NCBI GenBank assembly: GCA_029932645.1
Contig: JAOZPR010000002.1
Span: 17,211-44,333, forward strand
DNA from: Candidatus Aenigmatarchaeota archaeon
GTDB taxonomy: Archaea > Aenigmatarchaeota > Aenigmatarchaeia > GW2011-AR5 > JAGGXF01
Length of the DNA stretch: 27,123 nucleotides
Direction of reading: 5' to 3'
The notes beneath the pieces were generated by a model. It had not been told where the DNA came from. It did no database searches and was given only the letters and a program-made list of their open reading frames with translations. Shown piece after piece: positions 8,768-17,790 of the stretch. Position 1 is the stretch's first letter. Every line of letters starts with the position of its first letter. A program made the position numbers and the translations under genes.

Positions 8768-9274
8768 CTAAGGAACCTGCGGCGTTTGCTTTTGTTCTTC
8801 CTCCCTGTTTCCTTTCTGTCCCCCCTGCCAAGCCAGCCAAAACATTATCAATACGACAAGTATGCCTATTATCCATAACGTATCCTGGGAAGCGTATTCC
8901 GTCGGAAGGTATGACTCGATATCACTCCATGTGGCAGCCAGCACAAGCAAGAGCAGCATGAGCACACCGAATATGGGCAGTTTAACCCCTTCAGCTTTTT
9001 TCCGCATGAGGTTGATGAAGTAGAGCAGGAACAATATTACGAGTAGAACAGTTGCTATCGGCATCACGGTGTAAAGTATTGTGACATAAGGTTCATATAA
9101 TATAGAAAAAACAGCGAAAACCAGCGCGATTATAACGAGCACGTTGTTGTTTTTGCGTCCTTGTTTGTCGGTGAACACACCCGTGATTATCAACAGGCCG
9201 TAAACAACCGCGAACGTAAATAAGAATGACGCCAGATACGGTATCCATTCTGGGTCGAGAAATTCCAGAGCCAT
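8768..9274 (-). CDS. Uncharacterised multi-pass membrane protein (paralog B)
   Basis: About 5 TM segments. FLFTFAVVYGLLIITGVF...KNNNVLVIIALVFA aligns by eye with paralog A. Confidence 0.85.
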   Translation of the reverse strand: MALEFLDPEWIPYLASFLFTFAVVYGLLIITGVFTDKQGRKNNNVLVIIALVFAVFSILYEPYVTILYTVMPIATVLLVILFLLYFINLMRKKAEGVKLPIFGVLMLLLLVLAATWSDIESYLPTEYASQDTLWIIGILVVLIMFWLAWQGGQKGNREEEQKQTPQVP

Positions 9275-9325
9275 GTTAATATTTTACACTCGAACTATTT
9301 AAAAATTTCTCAGCGCAGCTGGAAG

Positions 9326-10282
9326 TCAAAGCCTTTCCAGAACAGCCTTAACCATTAGTGGCAGCAGAACGGTTGCGTCACCTTCAACTGTAATGAAACG
9401 GGCCTTTTGGTTGACCTTTCCCCAAGAAACAGCCTCTCTAAGACGCGCGCCGCTCAGAGAACCGTCCCATTCTGGAGCGGTTGTGATATAGACAGCATAG
9501 TCCAAGCCATCCCTGAACTGGTTCCACCATATGGTGTGATGCTTGGATATGCCGCCACCTATTATGAGCGCGCCCGTTTTTTTGGCGGTATATATTATGT
9601 CACTCATCTTCTGTTCGTCTTTCATCAAGTTAATATTAAAGTCCTTGTGCCCGTCCTGCCAGAAGAACCACATCTGCCAGCCCCATGCACCATCAGTCGG
9701 GCCAGGTATGAACACGGGAATCTTGTTTTTCCAAGCCCAATATGTTAGCGAGTCCTCTTTTTTCGCTTCGTTTTCCAGTCTTTTGCCGAATTCCCAGACA
9801 AGTTCATGCGGTGCTAGGTCTTTCTTCTCATCTTCATAGAGTTCTTTCATGACCGATTGTATCTTTTCTTCCAGAATCCCACCGTAGCATTCATTTGGTA
9901 TCAAGATGTTGCCTTCTCTGTTTATCCCATCCTGACGAAGCTTCTTGTCATCCATCATGAACGAGCCGTGATAGTAATCTTTCCACACGCGCGCGAGATC
10001 ATGGTCCATGGTGCCGCATGTCGTTACGACAGCATCGACTAGCCTTCTTTTTACTAATTCTTTTATTATTCCCCGCGTTCCAGTAGAAATCAGGCAAGCA
10101 GGAAAAGAAAGCATCCTTGTGCAGTCCGTATCTTTGAACATGTCCGTAAGAATATCACAGGCAACGCCGACCTTCTTTGCGACAAAACCACCCGACTCTT
10201 TCATCTGCTCTGTCAGGTCAGCAGCAGATTTTATGCTCTCTATATTAAAATCTTTTATCGGCTTTAGGTTTTTCCGCGTCAT
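9326..10282 (-). CDS. dys: Deoxyhypusine synthase
   Basis: STGTRG, TTCGTMDHD, GINREGN, GGGISKHH, DGSLSGA and EAVSWGK (catalytic Lys). Confidence 0.96.
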   Translation of the reverse strand: MTRKNLKPIKDFNIESIKSAADLTEQMKESGGFVAKKVGVACDILTDMFKDTDCTRMLSFPACLISTGTRGIIKELVKRRLVDAVVTTCGTMDHDLARVWKDYYHGSFMMDDKKLRQDGINREGNILIPNECYGGILEEKIQSVMKELYEDEKKDLAPHELVWEFGKRLENEAKKEDSLTYWAWKNKIPVFIPGPTDGAWGWQMWFFWQDGHKDFNINLMKDEQKMSDIIYTAKKTGALIIGGGISKHHTIWWNQFRDGLDYAVYITTAPEWDGSLSGARLREAVSWGKVNQKARFITVEGDATVLLPLMVKAVLERL

Positions 10283-10427
10283 GATTTATAACGCTTATCG
10301 ACTAAGCTTAAATAACTTTTTGTTTTTCGAACAGTTGGCGATAACATCTATGATGATAAATCGGTTGAAGCCACTTTAAAATAGTAAAAAAAAAAGAAAT
10401 TAAAGCTTTCGCCCGATATATACACTT

Positions 10428-11639
10428 ATGGGAAAAGCCAACGGCAGTTCTAAAAAACAGAAGAAAGAACCTGATTATGAACAGATGTACAAGAAGCTAG
10501 AAGAATCTCATGATATATACCACAAATTTTTTGAGGAAGTTAATGACGCGTTCTTTGTTAGTACTAAAGATGGCAAGCTTGTTGATGCCAACAAGGCTTA
10601 TTGTGAACTCTTTGGCGTTAATAAAGAAGAGATAAAAAAGATAAACGTCATAGAAACATATGTTAATCCGGATGACCGACGTGAATTTTTGACGCGGGTA
10701 GAACGAGATGGACTTGTTAAAAACTACCCGGTGAAGTTAAAGAATGTCAATGGAAGAGAGATGGACTGCAGAATTACTGCGGTTACATTATTAAATAAGA
10801 AAGAAGAAATTATAGGATATCAAGGCATCATTTACGATGTCACTGAGAAGAAAAAGCTGCAGAAAGAATTAGAGAATACAAAAAATGATTTTCAGCTTTA
10901 TTTAGATATTTTTGTCCACGACTTTAGAAATTTTATCAGCGTCCCCAACGTCTACACCAGTTTGGGACGTAAAATGGTAGAAGATAGACTTGGTGTATAT
11001 GAAAAACTATTTAAATCCGGAGACTTGAACAGGTTCTATAAAGTGGTGAAAGATGATCTAAAGAAAACAGATGAGATGCTTGTCAATAATCAAAATGTAA
11101 TTAAAAAAGCAATAGGTTTAATTGAGAATATTGAAACACTAATGAAATCGCAGCACACAAAAAAAAACTTTACGAAACAAAATCTGAATGAAATATTAAA
11201 TAGCTGCATTGGTTGGATCAAAGAAAAATACGATTCCAAGATACCACTTTCTATCAACTACTCTGGTATGCCAGGGGCCAATATAATGGCAGATGAGCTT
11301 ATAAACAATCTTTTTACCAACGTTTTTGATAACGCGATTAAGTATAGTGATAAAAAAAGGACCGAGTTATGGGTTAAAATAGAGGATTCTGTTGAATACT
11401 GGGGTGTTAGGATAGCAGACACTGGTTCGGGTATCCCCGAAGGACAGCGGGGAAGGGTCTTTGAGAGATATGAAAGGCTTAAAAATCACGAGGTCTCTGG
11501 GAAAGGGCTGGGCGGCGTTCTGATTAAATCTTTAGCAGAGAGATATGACGGAGAAGTCACTATTGAAGATAGAATACCAGGAGATTATACACAAGGCACT
11601 TGTTTCATAATTAAATTACCAAAATATACCGTTGATTAA
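10428..11639 (+). CDS. Cytoplasmic PAS-domain sensor histidine kinase
   Basis: PAS/PAC (DANKAYCELFG...DVTEKK), H-box FVHDFRN, N-box NVFDNAIKY, G1 DTGSGI, F-box VFERY and G2 GKGLG. No TM segment. Confidence 0.92.
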   Translation: MGKANGSSKKQKKEPDYEQMYKKLEESHDIYHKFFEEVNDAFFVSTKDGKLVDANKAYCELFGVNKEEIKKINVIETYVNPDDRREFLTRVERDGLVKNYPVKLKNVNGREMDCRITAVTLLNKKEEIIGYQGIIYDVTEKKKLQKELENTKNDFQLYLDIFVHDFRNFISVPNVYTSLGRKMVEDRLGVYEKLFKSGDLNRFYKVVKDDLKKTDEMLVNNQNVIKKAIGLIENIETLMKSQHTKKNFTKQNLNEILNSCIGWIKEKYDSKIPLSINYSGMPGANIMADELINNLFTNVFDNAIKYSDKKRTELWVKIEDSVEYWGVRIADTGSGIPEGQRGRVFERYERLKNHEVSGKGLGGVLIKSLAERYDGEVTIEDRIPGDYTQGTCFIIKLPKYTVD

Positions 11640-11640
11640 A

Positions 11641-12048
11641 ATGAAGATATTAATAGTCGATGATGAGATAGAAATATGCAGCCTGTTTAAAAATATCATA
11701 GAAACGTATGGACATGAAATCAAGTTAGCTTCTAATGGAGACGCTGCTCTAGACACATATAGGAAGTTCAGACCAGACCTAGTTTTAATGGATTATAGAA
11801 TGCCAGGAAAAGATGGCTTAAAAACAACAGAAGAAATCTTTAATTATGACCCTGAGGCACAAATATTATTTTGCAGCGCTGATTCTTCTGTAAAAGGAAA
11901 AGCAATGGAACGTGGGGCAGTTGGTTTTCTTCAAAAGCCGTTTGACCTTGAAGTGTTAATAGACACGATTGATATCTATGAAAAGAAAAAAGTTGAGGTG
12001 AAAAAAAATCAAGATAGCAACAGTTTGATAGCTGATATTACATTTTAA
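11641..12048 (+). CDS. Stand-alone receiver-domain response regulator (CheY-like)
   Basis: ILIVDDE, phospho-acceptor MDYRMP and LQKPF. ATG lies 1 nt after the kinase stop. Confidence 0.93.
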   Translation: MKILIVDDEIEICSLFKNIIETYGHEIKLASNGDAALDTYRKFRPDLVLMDYRMPGKDGLKTTEEIFNYDPEAQILFCSADSSVKGKAMERGAVGFLQKPFDLEVLIDTIDIYEKKKVEVKKNQDSNSLIADITF

Positions 12049-12163
12049 GCAAAAGCTGCTCGAACTCATTTTCAACATTTTTAATATTATCATATTATTG
12101 ATGAGTAGCAACAAAACAAAAAGCTTAAATGATTATATCATAATATGTTTTCAGGTGTGACAT

Positions 12164-12484
12164 ATGGTAAAAGACATTGGAGATTATTTTGGAAAAATTG
12201 AAAAAAGTGTAAGCTCGACTGAGATAAAAAAGTATCTTTTACCACCTGTTAAAAAACTTGATGAAAAATTAAACGAGCACCCAAAGGCCAAGAAAGCCAT
12301 TGGATATACTTTTGCTATTGCCGGTGCTGCTATAGGTGGAGGAAACATTACGGCCAGCTTCTATCAAGTTGACTGTATTCCTAGAGAGCTAAATGCTGTT
12401 GCTGGAGTAATTGTGTTGTATTTATCCTGCTATGCAGGATATAAAATTCTAAAAAAAGAGCAGGAAAAAGGTCAAAAGCCATAA
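12164..12484 (+). CDS. Hypothetical protein with two C-terminal hydrophobic segments
   Basis: GGTGTGA SD and an upstream AAAAAGCTTAAAT BRE/TATA-like box. AT-rich, no recognised family. Confidence 0.7.
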   Translation: MVKDIGDYFGKIEKSVSSTEIKKYLLPPVKKLDEKLNEHPKAKKAIGYTFAIAGAAIGGGNITASFYQVDCIPRELNAVAGVIVLYLSCYAGYKILKKEQEKGQKP

Positions 12485-12542
12485 TTTTATCCCTTTTTCT
12501 TGTTGGTCTTTTCCGCTTTTTAAGATAGCCACGCAGAAGCGT

Positions 12543-13466
12543 CTAGAACAATTCTTTTCTCCAGAAAACGACAACCCCGATTATAGAAAGAATTATCGAC
12601 ATCCCCATGACAATTCCAAACGCGTGCGGCGAGTGCTGGAAAGGCAGTTGCAGGTTCATTCCGTAAATGCTTGCGACAAGCGTTGGCAACATTAATATGA
12701 TTGTTATGGAGGTCAAGAGCTTCATCACGAGATTCAGATTATTTGATATAAGTGAGCCAAATGCCTCAGTCATCTCATTAAGAATATTTGAGTATATCTT
12801 CGTCATCTGGATGGCTTGCTCAGTTTCCTCTATCACATCTTCGAGAAGTTCTCTGTCCTGATGAAATTTAGTAAATACCTTATTCTTGGTCAGTTTTTCA
12901 ATTAAAATTTGGTTTGATTTAAGCGAAGTGGAAAAATAAACCAGGGATTTCTGTATGTTCAAGAGTCTGATAAGTCCTTCATTTTTCATGGATTTTTGTA
13001 GATTTTTCTGACTGGAGTAGATTCTCTTGTTGATCATCTTCAGATAATTCAGATAGGTTTTTGCAGAAAGCAGAAGAAGTTTTAATGTGGTCTGTATCTT
13101 CTTTGATGTATAAATTTTCTTGGATTTCAGATTTTCTATTATATCATTCTCATAAAAACAGATGGTTATCAAATGGTTTTTTGAAATAATTATGCCCAGT
13201 GGTATTGTGGAGTATTCAAATTCGGAAGAGTCTGGGTTTTTTTGTGGGGTTCTGACTATAATAAAAAGAAATTTGCGGTATTTCTCAGTGTCAGGAATTT
13301 CCTCAATATCCCTTAAAGATGTAAAAATTTCTTCCGGAATCTCAATAATTTTGTTCAACCATGTGAGCTCCTCATCTGTTGGGCAAACGAGATTTATCCA
13401 GCTGCCTTTCACAGGCTTTTCCACCTGTTTCAATTTGCCTTCATACGACCTGAATATTTCCATCAT
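12543..13466 (-). CDS. corA: CorA-family Mg2+ transporter
   Basis: WINLxxPT, TIPLGII, ISNNLNLVMKLLT, YGMN signature and two C-terminal TMs. Confidence 0.93.
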   Translation of the reverse strand: MMEIFRSYEGKLKQVEKPVKGSWINLVCPTDEELTWLNKIIEIPEEIFTSLRDIEEIPDTEKYRKFLFIIVRTPQKNPDSSEFEYSTIPLGIIISKNHLITICFYENDIIENLKSKKIYTSKKIQTTLKLLLLSAKTYLNYLKMINKRIYSSQKNLQKSMKNEGLIRLLNIQKSLVYFSTSLKSNQILIEKLTKNKVFTKFHQDRELLEDVIEETEQAIQMTKIYSNILNEMTEAFGSLISNNLNLVMKLLTSITIILMLPTLVASIYGMNLQLPFQHSPHAFGIVMGMSIILSIIGVVVFWRKELF

Positions 13467-13561
13467 ATTAACCTAGTGTTCGCGAGTAGTATTTAAGTTT
13501 TTCTGGTTGTTCTATTTACCGCTCCGAAAACTCTTTATGTACCTCTTGACAAGTTTTATTT

Positions 13562-16285
13562 ATGGATGCAAACACAACACAGGGTAAGGCATGGCACGCA
13601 GTTGGTATAAAGGATATTCTCAGCCAGCTCAAAACAAGTGAGCTTGGCCTTCGGGAAACAGAGGCCAGGAAACGACTCACTGTCTATGGCAAGAATGAGG
13701 TAAAAAGAACTAGGAAGGTAAGTCCATTTAGAATATTCCTAGAGCAGTTCCAGGATTTTCTGATAATAATTCTTATTATCGCTGCTGTTGTTTCCGCGCT
13801 GATAGGCCAGATGCTGGACGCAATGGTAATCATAGCAATAGTTATTTTTAATGCTATCCTTGGTTTTGTCCAGGACTGGCGCGCTGAGAAGGCGATAGAA
13901 GCACTTAGGCAGATGCTGTCGCCGAAGGCGCGCGTTGTCCGCAATGGCGAAGAGGAAGAGATAGACAGAGTTGAGCTCGTTCCAGGCGATATAATAATAC
14001 TCGAGGCCGGTGACAAGGTCCCTGCTGATGCTCGGATAATCAAGGAGAGCGATATAATGGTCAGCGAGGCATCGCTGACTGGCGAGTCTGTCCCTGTTCA
14101 GAAAACAACAAAAGTTCTGCCGGCAGCTACAGGTTTGGCTGAAAGAGTGAATATGTTGCTCATGGGCACGGTCGTGACAAACGGCTTTGCAAAGGCTGTC
14201 GTTGTCGAGACAGGCATGAGCACAGAGATAGGTAAGCTGGCTAAGATGACGCAGGCAGTTCGTGTAGAACAGACACCGCTGCAAAAAAGGCTGGCGCGCC
14301 TAGGAAAGAAGCTTGGCATAATTTCTCTCGTTATTTGTGCTTTTGTTGCGGTTGCTGGCTGGTTGCAGGGCAAGCCGGCTTTTGAGATGTTCATGACAGG
14401 TGTTAGTTTGGCTGTTGCTGCAATACCAGAGGGTCTTCCAGCTGTTGTCACTATATCGCTTGCGCTTGGTGTAAGAACAATGGCGCGCCGTAAGTCAATA
14501 ATAAGAAAACTGCCCGCTGTTGAAACGCTCGGTTCCACAACCGTTATATGCACAGATAAGACAGGCACGCTGACAAAAAATGAGATGACTGTGCGGGAGA
14601 TTTTTGTCAATGGTAAGGCAATAAAGGTCAGTGGCCGCGGTTACGAGCCATATGGTGATTTTTCTGTCAATGGTAAGGTTGTTGAATCTGACGACAGCAG
14701 AACTGACAAGGCCATACGACTGCTTTTGAGAATAGGCCTGTTCTGCAACCATGCAACCCTGGAAAGACATACGCGTTCTGGAAGGCGCGGCGCATGGAAA
14801 GTCATAGGAGACCCTACTGAAGGTGCGCTTGTTGTTGCAGCAGCAAAGGCCGGAATAAAAAAAGGTGAAGAAGCATTGTCACCGATTGGCGAAATCTCGT
14901 TTGACTCAAAGAGAAAGATGATGACGACTGTCCATGCTTGCAACAAAAGAGCGAAGAAAGTCAAAAAAATTGTGGCCTATACAAAAGGCGCTCCAGACAT
15001 TCTCATAAGGAGATGCACAAAGATATATGACAATGGCAAGGAAAGGAAACTTACGAAAAAAGACATCAACAAGATAACTTCTGTTTACCAGAATATGGCC
15101 AGCAGGGCTTTGCGTGTTTTGGGATTCGCTTACAAAGAGCTGCCGTATGGAGTAAAGATAAGTCCCGCAACAGTTGAGAAAGACATGGTCTTTGTCGGGC
15201 TTGCCGGAATGATTGATCCGCCACGAAAAGAAATCAAGGAAGCGATAAAGGTCTGTAAAGAGGCAAAGATTAAGGTAATGATGGTTACCGGCGATTACCT
15301 GTTGACAGCACAAAGCATAGGAAAGGAGATTGGTCTATGCGGTAAAGCAATCACGGGTGAGCAGTTAGACAAGATGAACGATGAGCAGCTGGAAAAAATA
15401 ATCACTCAGGTTCAGATATTTGCAAGGGTTTCGCCGCGACACAAGATTAGAATAATTCACGCCCTGAAAAAACACGGCGAAGTCGTTGCGATGACAGGTG
15501 ACGGCGTCAACGATGCGCCAGCGCTCAAAAAAGCAGACATAGGCGTTGCAATGGGAATAACCGGCACGGACGTTGCCAAAGAAGCATCAGACATGATACT
15601 CGTTGATGACAACTTTGCCACAATAGTTTCAGCTGTTGAAGAGGGAAGACAAATTTATGATAATATACAAAAGTTCATCCGTTATTTACTCTCCTCGAAT
15701 ATAGGCGAAATACTTGTGATATTCATAGGCATTTTATTAGGTCTGCCACTCATACTCATAGCCGTACAAATATTATGGATGAACCTTATTACAGATGGTA
15801 TATCAGCTTTAACACTTGGTATGGAACCAAAGGCAAAAAATATTATGAAAAGGCCGCCGCGAGACCCGCATGCATCGATATTATCGAGAAATGTCTTTCT
15901 TGCGCTGCTCGGACTCGGTTTCATAATAGCTGCGGGAACACTGGTGATATTCTATTCAGAGTTTTCAAGGGGAATTGACTTGTACAAGGCAAGGACCATG
16001 GCATTTACAGCAATAGTGATGTTTGAGAAGTTTAACATCTTCAATTTCAGGTCGTTCAAGGAACCGCTATACAAGCTCGGATTGTTCACAAACAAATATC
16101 TGATAGGTGCAGTTCTGCTGACTATTGGCATGCAGCTGTGTGTGGTCTATGTGCCAGTGTTGCAGACACTTTTCAAAACCGTTCCTTTGGGTATTCTTGA
16201 CTGGATAGAAATTTTATTTGTTTCATGCTCAATACTTTTAATAGGTGAGTTGTGGAAGTATGCGAATTACAAAAAGGAATTATAG
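13562..16285 (+). CDS. P-type ATPase, type IIA (Ca2+-transporting, SERCA-like)
   Basis: TGES, PEGL, DKTGTLT, GDPTE, KGAP, DPPR, TGD and GDGVND. Confidence 0.94.
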   Translation: MDANTTQGKAWHAVGIKDILSQLKTSELGLRETEARKRLTVYGKNEVKRTRKVSPFRIFLEQFQDFLIIILIIAAVVSALIGQMLDAMVIIAIVIFNAILGFVQDWRAEKAIEALRQMLSPKARVVRNGEEEEIDRVELVPGDIIILEAGDKVPADARIIKESDIMVSEASLTGESVPVQKTTKVLPAATGLAERVNMLLMGTVVTNGFAKAVVVETGMSTEIGKLAKMTQAVRVEQTPLQKRLARLGKKLGIISLVICAFVAVAGWLQGKPAFEMFMTGVSLAVAAIPEGLPAVVTISLALGVRTMARRKSIIRKLPAVETLGSTTVICTDKTGTLTKNEMTVREIFVNGKAIKVSGRGYEPYGDFSVNGKVVESDDSRTDKAIRLLLRIGLFCNHATLERHTRSGRRGAWKVIGDPTEGALVVAAAKAGIKKGEEALSPIGEISFDSKRKMMTTVHACNKRAKKVKKIVAYTKGAPDILIRRCTKIYDNGKERKLTKKDINKITSVYQNMASRALRVLGFAYKELPYGVKISPATVEKDMVFVGLAGMIDPPRKEIKEAIKVCKEAKIKVMMVTGDYLLTAQSIGKEIGLCGKAITGEQLDKMNDEQLEKIITQVQIFARVSPRHKIRIIHALKKHGEVVAMTGDGVNDAPALKKADIGVAMGITGTDVAKEASDMILVDDNFATIVSAVEEGRQIYDNIQKFIRYLLSSNIGEILVIFIGILLGLPLILIAVQILWMNLITDGISALTLGMEPKAKNIMKRPPRDPHASILSRNVFLALLGLGFIIAAGTLVIFYSEFSRGIDLYKARTMAFTAIVMFEKFNIFNFRSFKEPLYKLGLFTNKYLIGAVLLTIGMQLCVVYVPVLQTLFKTVPLGILDWIEILFVSCSILLIGELWKYANYKKEL

Positions 16286-16379
16286 AAACATTACGAGAAG
16301 CTGGGTGGACTACTAACTTGACTATTTAAATACTTTTTTCTTAATATAAACAATATCTTTGGTAAAATTTTTGTAAAAT

Positions 16380-16410
16380 TTTGCAAATTAAAATCAAAAG
16401 CATTTGCAAA
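16380..16410. promoter_or_regulatory. Two TTTGCAAA palindromes (16380-16387 and 16403-16410) upstream of tbp
   Basis: Read directly. Preceded by the related degenerate copies TTTGGTAAAA and TTTGTAAAA. Confidence 0.4.
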
Positions 16411-16430
16411 CATTTTTATGGGGTGGGAAT

Positions 16431-16979
16431 ATGGCTGCTAAGGTTAAGGTAAGAATAGAAAATGTTGTCGCCTCAACCGACATCGGAAAAATCATTTCTC
16501 TTGACAAGTTGCTTACAATTCTCGAGGCCAGTGAATACGAGCCTGAACAATTCCCAGGTCTGGTTTATCGTCTAGACGAGCCACATGTTGCAACACTAAT
16601 ATTCAGGTCTGGAAAAATAATCTGTGTTGGTGCACGTTCTATCCCTGACGCGAAATTAGCGCTGAGAAGGGTTGTTAAGAAAATCAAAAAAAGTGGCATA
16701 CGTGTTAATGAGGAAAAAATCAAGGTGAAGATAGAAAACATCGTCGTTTCCGTGGACCTCAAAAAGGAACTTAATCTAGACATGCTGGCGTTCCGTCTCG
16801 AGTCGAGCGAATACGAGCCTGAGCAATTCCCTGGTCTGGTCTACAGGATATTTGAACCAAAAGTCGCGTTCCTGCTTTTCAGTTCTGGCCGTGTCATATG
16901 TGCTGGGGCAAAGAGCCTCGCTGCTGTGAAAAAAGCTATCGCTATCCTTCAGAAAAAGCTCAGGTCATTGAAAGCGTGA
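16431..16979 (+). CDS. tbp: TATA-box-binding protein
   Basis: Two IEN(V/I)V...EYEPEQFPGLVYR...F(R/S)SG(K/R)xICxGA repeats. GGGGTGG SD before ATG 16431. Confidence 0.97.
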   Translation: MAAKVKVRIENVVASTDIGKIISLDKLLTILEASEYEPEQFPGLVYRLDEPHVATLIFRSGKIICVGARSIPDAKLALRRVVKKIKKSGIRVNEEKIKVKIENIVVSVDLKKELNLDMLAFRLESSEYEPEQFPGLVYRIFEPKVAFLLFSSGRVICAGAKSLAAVKKAIAILQKKLRSLKA

Positions 16980-17064
16980 GTAGAATAAGAGAAGGAACGC
17001 CATTTCTCTATTTATTTTAAATTCTCGGATAACTTTCTCTTAAATTTTAATTAGTAATTAATTT

Positions 17065-17562
17065 TTACTCATGTTCCAATTCTTGAGATAGGCGTTTTTC
17101 AAATTTTTTAATTATTTGAGAAGGATTTTCTTCTAGTTTTTTTATATATTTTTCAGCGAATTCTATCTCACTTTTGTAATATTTAATATTTTTTTCGCAG
17201 CCCTTAATCTCTGATTTGCAATGCTTTACATAGTTTTTAGCATCAATAATCCAATTTTTTGGTTTGCTTTTTTCCACAACCCGGCGCAGGTCTTCTTGAG
17301 CGTCTGGTAAATACTCATCCTTGTACCTATCAAGATCATGTTTTGCTGCTCTTTTCCATTTTTCTGTGTAAGCGATTGCTTTTTCAAGTGCGGTTTTTAT
17401 TGCAGCCTTTTTCTCCTCTTCATTTACTCCTTTACTCATCAGAGCTTTTATTAATCCTTTTTTATCCAAGAATATTGCACTATCCATAACATCCCTTTCA
17501 TATTCTCTTCCAGGAAGTAATTTGTCAGCTATTCTGCCAAGTATATTATCACTTTCGTACAT
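17065..17562 (-). CDS. AT-rich hypothetical protein, coiled-coil-like
   Basis: 165-codon ORF rich in Lys/Glu with heptad periodicity (KNYVKHCKSEI..EKNIKYYKSEI..EKYIKKL). Confidence 0.7.
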   Translation of the reverse strand: MYESDNILGRIADKLLPGREYERDVMDSAIFLDKKGLIKALMSKGVNEEEKKAAIKTALEKAIAYTEKWKRAAKHDLDRYKDEYLPDAQEDLRRVVEKSKPKNWIIDAKNYVKHCKSEIKGCEKNIKYYKSEIEFAEKYIKKLEENPSQIIKKFEKRLSQELEHE

Positions 17563-17704
17563 GTTACCATCTCTCGTATATGTACTTATTATCTTGTGAC
17601 AAAAAACTTAAAAACAAATGTGCAAAATACGAAGTAATTACGCACGTGATTTAAAAAGATTTCTGTGAGATTTGGGATAAGCCTAAAAAGATATTCCCAC
17701 TATT

Positions 17705-17744
17705 AGATAATTAGTTGAGATAATTAGTTGGAGATAATTGGTTG
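17705..17744. repeat. Three copies of 13-bp AGATAATT(A/G)GTTG
   Basis: Copies at 17705-17717, 17718-17730 and 17732-17744. Confidence 0.9.
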
Positions 17745-17766
17745 GGCAGTCGCCAACCATAAAGCA

Positions 17767-17790
17767 CAGATATTATTCAGATATTATTCA
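17767..17790. repeat. 11-bp tandem duplication CAGATATTATT x2 (+CA)
   Basis: Read directly in the sequence. Confidence 0.85.

Noticed and set aside
10386..12008. A10 (10386-10395), A9 (11159-11167) and A8 (12001-12008) runs as phase-variation or frameshift sites
   Set aside because: Both ORFs are intact, and such runs are expected in AT-rich, Lys-rich sequence.
16533..16850. DNA-level repeat GAATACGAGCCTGA(A/G)CAATTCCC inside tbp
   Set aside because: It reflects the well-known internal duplication of TBP.
17705..17790. Repeats considered as a CRISPR array
   Set aside because: Units are 11-13 bp with no unique spacers, and there are no cas genes.
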